The position numbers and the translations under genes are program-made. From the NCBI GenBank assembly GCA_945906815.1, contig CAMDRT010000023.1, forward strand, positions 3,740 through 67,739: a stretch of 64,000 nt of DNA. Direction: 5' to 3'. This document shows, piece after piece, positions 50,994 to 57,936 of this stretch (positions within the stretch are counted from its first letter, which is position 1; every line of letters begins with the position of its first letter). Source of the stretch: Bordetella parapertussis (GTDB lineage Bacteria > Pseudomonadota > Gammaproteobacteria > Burkholderiales > SG8-41). The notes under the pieces are model-generated. The model ran no database searches and had not been told where the DNA came from. It worked only from the letters and a program-made list of their open reading frames with translations.

Positions 50994-51113
50994 GTGAAGT
51001 AGCAAAGGCGTGAACAAGTGAACAAGTGAACAAGTGAACAAGTGAACAAGTGAACAAGTGAACGGGTAACTTCCACACCGTAAACCCACTCGTTCACTCC
51101 TTCACCCGTTCAC
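50994..51113. repeat. Inverted array with a 6-copy 8-nt microsatellite (GTGAACAA)
   Basis: gtgaacaa x5 plus gtgaacgg span 51010-51057. The opposing arm is cccactcgttcactccttcacccgttcac (51085-51113). The element exactly fills the ycaR-stop to kdsB-start spacer. Confidence 0.8.
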
Positions 51114-51289
51114 AATTCCTCCAAAGGAGGAATTTTGCGCGCCTCATCCTCCAGCATCACCGGTATCTCATCCTTGATGGGAAACCCCAGCCGGCAGGGC
51201 TTACAGATGAGTTCCGCTGCGGATTTTTTATAGATCAGCGGGCCTTTGCACAGCGGGCAGGCGAGGATGTCGAGTAGTTTGCCGTCCAT
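51110..51289 (-). CDS. ycaR: Trm112/YcaR (UPF0434) family small zinc-ribbon protein
   Basis: Hand-translated 59 codons: [59 protein letters not shown]. It is below the ORF-track cutoff. It sits in the conserved lpxK-ycaR-kdsB position, and its ATG abuts the lpxK stop. Confidence 0.85.
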   Translation of the reverse strand: MDGKLLDILACPLCKGPLIYKKSAAELICKPCRLGFPIKDEIPVMLEDEARKIPPLEEL

Positions 51290-52330
51290 TCAGCGTTTCC
51301 TGTTGATTTGTGCGAGCAAGACTTGTGCTAGTGCCTCGTCCACCCGGGCATCGACCCTCAGCGCCCAGTGTCTGGCTGAAGCATAGCGCTCGCATTTTAC
51401 GCCATCCTTTTCCGTCATCACCACCGCGTCGCAGTCCGCATACTCGATATCGGCGGCCGTAAAAACATGATGATCGGCGAACGCGTGTGGCGTGTGGGCG
51501 ATGCCCAGGCGTGTGAGCATGTCGAAAAACTGTTGTGGATTACCAATGCCGGCAATGGCATGCACGCGCAGGCCGTGTAAGCCGCTGACGGGGAGATGCA
51601 GATTGGCGTCGTGCAGATTTCGCAGTCCTGTGGCCTCCAGCGTCATCGCAAAATGCGGCGGGGTGGCGGGTTTGGGCGCGGCAACCGCGCCGCGCACCAC
51701 CACTGCGTCCACGCTGTTCAGCCGCTCTGGCGGTTCGCGCAGCGGTCCGGCAGGGAGCATAAAGCCGTTGCCCTGTCCGCGCGCGCCGTCGATAACTGCG
51801 ATCTCGAATGTGCGCGCGAGCCGATAATGCTGCAGACCGTCATCGCTGACGATGAGGTTGCAATTGGGGTTGGCTGTCAGCAGCGCACGCGCGGCAGCCA
51901 CGCGATCTTTGCCGATCCACACCGGACAGGCGCTACGCCGCGCCATCAAAACGGGTTCATCTCCGTAACGCGTGGCGTCGCTATCGCCATGCACCGCGTG
52001 CGCAAGTTCCTGGGCACCGCCATAACCCCGGCTGACAATGCCCGGCTGATAGCCGGCTACGCGCAAACGGGCGACCAGCCACAGCACCAGCGGCGTTTTG
52101 CCGGTGCCGCCGACGCTGATGTTGCCGACGACGATGACCGCTACCGGCAGCCGTTGGCTGAGCGAGGGGAACGACTGGTACACATAACGGCGCAGGACAA
52201 CTAGCGCGCGAAACAGCCACGACAGTGGCGCGAGCAGCAGCGTAATCACGGTGATGCGCGTCCACGCTGCGGGATACATGCGCGCGGGCTGCTTTACCCT
52301 AGAAACGGCAGTTGACCGCTTGGCGCTCAT
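51290..52330 (-). CDS. lpxK: Tetraacyldisaccharide 4'-kinase LpxK
   Basis: VVGNISVGGTGKTPLVLWL P-loop and the SRGYGG motif. The true start may be the internal Met (MYPAAW). Confidence 0.9.
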   Translation of the reverse strand: MSAKRSTAVSRVKQPARMYPAAWTRITVITLLLAPLSWLFRALVVLRRYVYQSFPSLSQRLPVAVIVVGNISVGGTGKTPLVLWLVARLRVAGYQPGIVSRGYGGAQELAHAVHGDSDATRYGDEPVLMARRSACPVWIGKDRVAAARALLTANPNCNLIVSDDGLQHYRLARTFEIAVIDGARGQGNGFMLPAGPLREPPERLNSVDAVVVRGAVAAPKPATPPHFAMTLEATGLRNLHDANLHLPVSGLHGLRVHAIAGIGNPQQFFDMLTRLGIAHTPHAFADHHVFTAADIEYADCDAVVMTEKDGVKCERYASARHWALRVDARVDEALAQVLLAQINRKR

Positions 52331-52533
52331 TCAAACTCTTGATGAATAGATACTTTTTCATTCTGTCTCCTTTCACCGGTTGGGTGAGAGCGCTACGGGG
52401 CGGATCGCACGGTTCTGACGGCGCATGGCTGCGTTGCAACTCCTCGGAATACATTGAGTATTCCTCGTCGTTGCGCCTTGCCCTGCGCCCCCATAACCGC
52501 ACGCTCCACCCCGTCCAACTACCGTTTCTAGGT

Positions 52534-52953
52534 TTACTTTTTGGCTGCTTGTATGGTGAAGGCGATTTTGCCAAAGCCCGCGTACTGCGCGGCTTCCATC
52601 ACGCGAATCACCGATTGGTGCGAGGCCTGGGCATCGGCGCTGATGGTGATCACCGGGTCTTTGTTGGCGCCGGCGGCGCGTTTGAGTTCGCTGGCAAAGG
52701 CTTCACGCGTGCTGTAGGTGTGGGCGCTCCTGTTGACCACGTATTTGCCGGTGGCATCGACGGCGATATCGATCGGGTCAACGCGCTGTGCCGGTATTGC
52801 CGAATCGGCGGTCGGCAAATTGATTTGCAACTCGCTTTGTTTGGTGTAGGTAGTGGTGATAATCAAAAAAATAAGAATGATCAGCAATACATCGATCAAC
52901 GGTATGAAGTTGATCTCTGGTTCCTCGCGGAACGCATGGGTGCGGAACTTCAT
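52534..52953 (-). CDS. exbD: Biopolymer transport protein ExbD/TolR
   Basis: 139 aa with EINFIPLIDVLLIILIFLI TM helix signature. Confidence 0.88.
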   Translation of the reverse strand: MKFRTHAFREEPEINFIPLIDVLLIILIFLIITTTYTKQSELQINLPTADSAIPAQRVDPIDIAVDATGKYVVNRSAHTYSTREAFASELKRAAGANKDPVITISADAQASHQSVIRVMEAAQYAGFGKIAFTIQAAKK

Positions 52954-52971
52954 GGTTCAAGCGTCATAACG

Positions 52972-53583
52972 TCAGAATTGGCGTTCGCCGTGAAGAATTT
53001 CCACCAGCTTGGTGCCCTGCATTTCCATTTCCAGCAACAGGCTATCCACCTGGCTGCGAAAGTGACGGTAGAAAACCATGCTCGGAATCGCCACTACCAG
53101 GCCCAGCGCTGTGTTGTAAAGCGCAACAGAAATGCCATGCGCGAGTTGCGTGGGATTGCTGTTGCCGGCAGACGATGACGCGCCAAAAATTTCGATCATG
53201 CCGATCACTGTGCCGAACAATCCGAGCAGCGGCGCCACCGCAGCGATGGTGCCCAGCGTGGTGAGAAAGCGCTCCAGGTTGGCCGCCGCGGCGCGCCCGG
53301 CTTCTTCTATCGATTCCTTGAGTATCAAGGGTGAAGATTTGATGTTTTTGATGCCTGCCGCGAGCACCTGCCCCAACGCCGAACCTTCGGCGAGTTGGGT
53401 CAAACTGGCGATGCTGGCGTCGTTTTGCCGGTATTCCTGCACCGCCTGCATCAGCAGGCCCTTGGGCATGACTTTGCTCGCGCGCAGCGACCACAGCCGT
53501 TCCGCGATAATCGCCAGCGCAAGGACTGAGGCGAATAATAGCGGCCATATCGGCCAACCCGCCGCTTGTATGAGCGAGAACAC
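52972..53583 (-). CDS. exbB: MotA/TolQ/ExbB proton-channel protein
   Basis: A GTG start at 53583 is preceded by AGGGAG (VFSLIQAAGWPIWPLL...). It has the TLGTIAAVAPLLGLFGTVIGMI motif. The track ORF's upstream extension is translated repeat (SPQSLALSPQS). Confidence 0.85.
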   Translation of the reverse strand: MFSLIQAAGWPIWPLLFASVLALAIIAERLWSLRASKVMPKGLLMQAVQEYRQNDASIASLTQLAEGSALGQVLAAGIKNIKSSPLILKESIEEAGRAAAANLERFLTTLGTIAAVAPLLGLFGTVIGMIEIFGASSSAGNSNPTQLAHGISVALYNTALGLVVAIPSMVFYRHFRSQVDSLLLEMEMQGTKLVEILHGERQF

Positions 53584-53654
53584 TGGATAAACTCCCTTAA
53601 AAAATTTCGCTAACTGTATATTGCAATGGGGGTTTCGGCAAGCTGGGTTGTGCC

Positions 53655-53782
53655 GTGAGGGGTGAGAGCTGGACTGAGGACTGAGGGCCAAGGACTGAGG
53701 ACTGAGGGCCAAGGACTGAGACGTCACGAAGACAGTTTCACGCTTACTGCCTCAGCCCTTAGTCCTCAGTCCTCAGTCCTCC
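53655..53782. repeat. Inverted heptamer array (GGACTGA vs TCAGTCC) with a nested 21-nt duplication
   Basis: The left arm has ggactgaggactgagggccaa x2 followed by ggactgag. The right arm is ctgcctcagcccttagtcctcagtcctcagtcctcc. It is located in the exbB 5' region. Confidence 0.8.
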
Positions 53783-53832
53783 GCTCTAAGCCCTTGCGCC
53801 GCAATAAGCCGCGAATTCAGTGGCTTAGCTAC

Positions 53833-54033
53833 TTGTCCACAGATTGTGTGGATAAGTCTGTGCGCAAACTGTGTGAAGTGGCGCTAAGTAGTATTGCAGA
53901 ATAGAGAATTTGCCATTGAGCAGCAAAAGCTCAGTATAGAAAATTGTTTAAAAACAAATGATTACATTATTTTACGCGTTACTGCCCACAAAATACTTTT
54001 TACAACAAGGACTTGCCGTGCTGTTGTGGATGA
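53833..54033. promoter_or_regulatory. Cluster of DnaA-box-like 9-mers in an AT-rich divergent spacer
   Basis: ttgtccaca (53833-53841, 1 mismatch to TTATCCACA), tgtggataa (53847-53855, perfect, opposite orientation) and tgtggatga (54025-54033, 1 mismatch). A weaker ctgcccaca lies at 53982-53990. There is an AT-rich tract around 53900-54000. Confidence 0.45.
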
Positions 54034-54105
54034 AGCACCGCGAGCGCCTTAAAAAATCTCCGTGAAATCAACGCTGAAAAAGGGGGGGCGGTTTAAAATG
54101 ACCCG

Positions 54106-55479
54106 ATGACTTTATTTGAAGAAAGAGCGGTTGCGACAGCGGGTGCCACGGTTATCTCGGTCGCCGAACTGAACCGCAGGGTGCGCGCTGCGATTGAGGG
54201 CAATCTGCCGCTGACCTGGGTAAGCGGTGAAATTTCCAATATGCGGCGTTACGATTCAGGCCATTGGTATTTCACCCTGAAAGATGCCAGTGCGCAGGTG
54301 GACTGCGTGATGTTTCGTCACAAGGCGCAGCACGTTGATTGGACGCCTGCGGATGGCATGCGCATCGAAGTGCGCGCGGCGCCCACGGTGTATGAGGCGC
54401 GCGGCAAGTATCAGCTCAACGTCGAGGCGATGCGCCGCGCCGGACTGGGCGCATTGTATGAAGCGTACGAAAGGCTCAAGACCAAGCTCGAAGCCGAGGG
54501 CCTGTTTGCCGATGAACGCAAACGCGAAATTCCTGATTTTCCGCGTGCGATTGGCGTGGTGACATCGCCACAGGCGGCGGCATTGCGCGACGTGTTAGCC
54601 ACGCTCAAGCGCCGCATGCCGTCGATCCCGGTGGTGATTTACCCGGCGCCGGTGCAAGGCGAAGGTGCTGCAGCAAAAATCATGCAGGCCATCGCCACGG
54701 CTTCAACACGTGCGCAGCAAGACCGCTGTGATGTGCTGATCGTATGCCGTGGCGGCGGTAGCATCGAAGACTTGTGGTCATTCAACGAAGAAGTGGTGGC
54801 GCGCGCCATCCACGCGTGCGCGATACCGGTGGTCGCCGGCGTCGGCCATGAAACCGATTTCACCATTGCGGATTTTGTGGCCGATGCACGCGCGCCTACA
54901 CCCACCGCGGCGGCGGAAATGGTCAGTCCCGATCGTATTGAGCTACGCGCGCAGCTTGCGCAAATGCGCACGCAACTGCTACGTATGACGCGCCGCGCGC
55001 TCGAAGACCGCATGCAGAAACTCGATTATCTGCAGCGGCGGCTTACGCATCCGGGAGAACGCATCGTCGAGCAGCGGCGCCATCTGGCGCATCTGACGCG
55101 CCGGCTCACCAGTGCCTACACCCATGCCGCCGACGGGCGCGCGTGGGCGTTGCGCGCAGCGGTGCAACGCCATAACGCAGCGCGTCCCGATGTGCGCGGC
55201 CTTGATCGTGCCTTGGCCAATGCCGGACGGCATCTCGGCGAGGCGATGCAACGAGGGCTGGCGCAGCGACAGTCGCGGCTCGCGCGCGCCGAAGGGTTCG
55301 TCAATGCGCTGGATCCGCAACGCATGCTGGAGCGCGGCTACAGCATCGCCGAGACGGCGCTAGGCGTTATCGTGCGCGACGCGGCCACCCTTGCCGTAGG
55401 CGAGGAAATTCGCGTGACGTTCGCACGCGGCGCGGTGATGAGCGAGGTGAGGAGTAGGGGTAGCAGCGTGAAGGGGTAA
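54106..55479 (+). CDS. xseA: Exodeoxyribonuclease VII large subunit
   Basis: [42 protein letters not shown] OB-fold N-terminus, [15 protein letters not shown] and [10 protein letters not shown]. Confidence 0.93.
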   Translation: [457 protein letters not shown]

Positions 55480-55629
55480 AAGTGTAAGAGCGTGAACGGG
55501 TGAACGGGTGAACGAGTGAACGAGGTACGCCGCTTGGCTGATTTTTTCACGCAATAGCTGCGATTGAAGGCTGCACCCCCTACACGCTTTTACCCGTTCA
55601 CTAGTTCACCCGTTCACCCGTTCACACCC
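55447..55629. repeat. Largest inverted heptamer array (GTGAACG vs CGTTCAC)
   Basis: The left arm is gtgaaggggtaaaagtgtaagagcgtgaacgggtgaacgggtgaacgagtgaacgagg and begins inside the last xseA codons. After a ~50-nt spacer the right arm is cccctacacgcttttacccgttcactagttcacccgttcacccgttcacaccc, which abuts the stop of the next gene. Confidence 0.8.
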
Positions 55630-56207
55630 TAAGTAGTATGGCTGATCGCACCATAATACAGTTGGCCATAACCCGCGATCAGATGGGCCTTGTCCAGGCC
55701 GTTGATGATGCGCCGGGCATTGATCCAGTCTCCGCTGGTGGCGTTGAAATAATCGCTCAATTTTTTCCCGGTGAACCAGCCTTCGTTCATGCCGTTGAAC
55801 ATGATTTTGCCGGCATTTTTCACTTGCATTACCAGGGCCGGGTTTTTGATGAAGTTGCGCCGTAGTTTAGTGCCGGCTTTCTGGTAGTTCTCGTGCCAGG
55901 TCAGTTGCACAAAACCCCGGCCGTAAAAGATGTTGCCGGTATCGGTGTAGCGCGTGCCATCCATTTTAAGATTTTCGCCGTACTGGCGGCCCCGCCCTTT
56001 GCCGTACTCCTCTATGGGCTGCATGGTTCTGTCCGTTTCGTGATGGGCAGTGGCCAGCATATAGGCCAGCCAGCGGTCGTCTTTTTTGGCCCAGTTTTGA
56101 TCCCACACATCGAGAATGGCAGTGATGCCGTTGACCTGGGATTGCTTCAAGGTGCCGCCAAACAGGTAGGTGCGCGCATGATCAAAAAAGAATTTTCGAT
56201 TAATCAT
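55629..56207 (-). CDS. Glycoside hydrolase family 19-like (lysozyme/chitinase-type) protein
   Basis: The ATG at 56207 is preceded by GAAGGA. HHETDRTMQPIEEYG (catalytic Glu context) and FYGRGFVQLTWHENY match the GH19 core. No signal peptide is visible. Confidence 0.7.
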   Translation of the reverse strand: MINRKFFFDHARTYLFGGTLKQSQVNGITAILDVWDQNWAKKDDRWLAYMLATAHHETDRTMQPIEEYGKGRGRQYGENLKMDGTRYTDTGNIFYGRGFVQLTWHENYQKAGTKLRRNFIKNPALVMQVKNAGKIMFNGMNEGWFTGKKLSDYFNATSGDWINARRIINGLDKAHLIAGYGQLYYGAISHTT

Positions 56208-56365
56208 TTTTGTCCTTCTTTGCCGATCACTGAGCCTACTCCGATTTGATGCGGCTGGCATGGGGGCGTTTCAGGATTACTGCGGCAAATAGCGGGCGGC
56301 GTTCGACAGCGCCGGGCATCGCGGCTACACTTTGTGCAGCCTGACCACCCCTTCGAGGATACATC

Positions 56366-57361
56366 ATGAAGCGACACCTTATCTCGCCACTAGGCGCCCT
56401 TGGTCTTTGTGCGCTGGCGGCCAGCGCGGCGGCACTGCCTGCGCTTGCGCAATCCGTGGCCGCCTGGCCCACCAAACCGATACGCGTGATCGTGCCGTTT
56501 CCGTCGGGCGGCACTTCCGACATCCTCGCGCGCCTGATCGGCCAGAAACTGACCGAAGCCTGGAGCCAGCAGATCCTCGTTGACAGCCGCGCCGGCGCCA
56601 ACGGCACTATCGGCACCGATATGACTGTGCGCGCGCCGCCCGACGGCTACACGTTTTTGCTGACGGATGTCGGCGGTCTGATGATCAGCCCTTCCGTTTA
56701 TCCCAAGCTGCCGTACGAGCCGCTACGCGATCTTGCGCCGATCGGCATGGTGTCGTACTCACCGCATCTGGTGGGCGCGCACCCCAGCGTCCCCGCAAAA
56801 AATATGGCCGAATTGATTGCGTTGGCGAAAAAAAATCCCGGCAAGCTCAACTTCCCCACGGGCCTTGGCAGTGCGACGCATCTGGCCGGACTCGCTGTGC
56901 AAAATCGCAGCGGCGTGAACTGGATTTACATACCGACCCGGGGCGGCCAGCAGTCGTTAATGACAGTGGCCACCGGCGAAGGCGATGTGATGTTCCTGGG
57001 CATGCTGCAAACGCTGCCGCATGTGAAGATCGGGCGCATTAAAGTGATCGCGATTTCCAGCGAAAAACGCGATCCCGCATTACCCGGCACACAGACCGTT
57101 TCCGAGACGCCGGGCTTCGAAGGCTTTCACACCGGCTCCTGGCAAGGCCTGCTCGGCCCGGCGAAACTGCCTGCTGATATCGTGAATAAGTTCAACGGCG
57201 AACTGCGCCGCGTACTCGCGCTGCCGGATGTGATAGAAAAACTGGGCACCCAGGGCACCGTGCCGCTACCCATGACACCCGCTGAAACCGGTAAATTCCT
57301 GTCCGCGGAAAAAGAACGCTGGGCTAAGGTAGTGAAAGAATCCGGATTTAAGATGGAGTAG
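56366..57361 (+). CDS. Bug-family (TctC-like) tripartite tricarboxylate transporter substrate-binding protein
   Basis: Signal peptide ending ALAQS, then WPTKPIRVIVPFPSGGTSDILARLI, the hallmark Bug N-terminus. Confidence 0.88.
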   Translation: MKRHLISPLGALGLCALAASAAALPALAQSVAAWPTKPIRVIVPFPSGGTSDILARLIGQKLTEAWSQQILVDSRAGANGTIGTDMTVRAPPDGYTFLLTDVGGLMISPSVYPKLPYEPLRDLAPIGMVSYSPHLVGAHPSVPAKNMAELIALAKKNPGKLNFPTGLGSATHLAGLAVQNRSGVNWIYIPTRGGQQSLMTVATGEGDVMFLGMLQTLPHVKIGRIKVIAISSEKRDPALPGTQTVSETPGFEGFHTGSWQGLLGPAKLPADIVNKFNGELRRVLALPDVIEKLGTQGTVPLPMTPAETGKFLSAEKERWAKVVKESGFKME

Positions 57362-57366
57362 CAGCG

Positions 57367-57900
57367 ATGTCCAATAGCCCCTGGATCAAGATTGCCCCGG
57401 CCGAAGAAGCCAGCGATGACCTGCGGCGCGCCTACGACCAGATTCTCGCTACGCGCGGACGCATACCCTCTATTCGTTCCGTCATGGCCGCAGAGCCACT
57501 GGTGGTGGAGGGGTTCGCCTACTTTTATCCCGACAATAACTACGCCTGTCGCTCTATAGACCGGCGTCTTTCGGAGATGATCGCCACCGTGGTGTCGGTT
57601 GCCAATGGGTCTAAGCTCGGCGGGCCAGCGCATGCGCGGCAACTGGCGCAAATCACGGGTGACCAAGCGTTCGCCCAGGCTATTCGCGACGACTATACGT
57701 GTGCAGGCTTGTCAAAGAAGGAGCAGGTGCTGCTCGACTACGTATGGAAGTTGAGCAAGACCCCGGGGGACATGACCCAGAGGGACATCGACAGCTTACG
57801 CGCAGAGGGTTGGAGCGACCCGCAGATCGTCGCAACGGTCCACGTGACCGCTTTCTTCGCGTATATGAACCGCATTGCCGGGGCGTTCGGGGTTACCTAA
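57367..57900 (+). CDS. Carboxymuconolactone decarboxylase/AhpD-like (peroxidase-related) family protein
   Basis: The WIKIAPAEEASDDLRRAYD N-terminus and overall layout resemble the peroxidase-related CMD subfamily. The usual CxxC...H position reads SKLGGPAH. Confidence 0.55.
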   Translation: MSNSPWIKIAPAEEASDDLRRAYDQILATRGRIPSIRSVMAAEPLVVEGFAYFYPDNNYACRSIDRRLSEMIATVVSVANGSKLGGPAHARQLAQITGDQAFAQAIRDDYTCAGLSKKEQVLLDYVWKLSKTPGDMTQRDIDSLRAEGWSDPQIVATVHVTAFFAYMNRIAGAFGVT

Positions 57901-57936
57901 CTGTCGCCCTGCGGCTAGCCGCTCAAGCGGCATGAA

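Noticed and set aside
50994-51089. N-terminal extensions of kdsB (and likewise suhB 12232-12369, sufB 16010-16162, exbB 53584-53727, epimerase 62566-62907, TPR protein 10619-10717).
   Set aside because: The extensions translate through the heptamer repeats or overlap neighbouring genes. Internal starts give canonical family N-termini, some with ribosome-binding sites or stop/start overlaps.
52299-52574. 91-aa minus-strand ORF in the exbD-lpxK spacer.
   Set aside because: It overlaps both the lpxK start and the exbD end, and has a Ser/Pro/Arg-rich non-native composition. The spacer is better explained by the 27-nt motif plus the hairpin-containing non-coding sequence.
53800-54105. Calling the DnaA-box cluster the chromosomal origin (oriC).
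   Set aside because: There are only three good boxes. There are no dnaA, dnaN, gidA or parAB genes nearby, and gene orientation is mixed beyond the immediate flanks. It is reported only as a DnaA-box cluster.
50994-55629. Considered whether the short tandem arrays (51010-51057, 53655-53720, 55490-55525) are CRISPR arrays.
   Set aside because: The units are 7-8 nt with no unique spacers. The arrays are paired with an inverted arm, and no cas genes are present.
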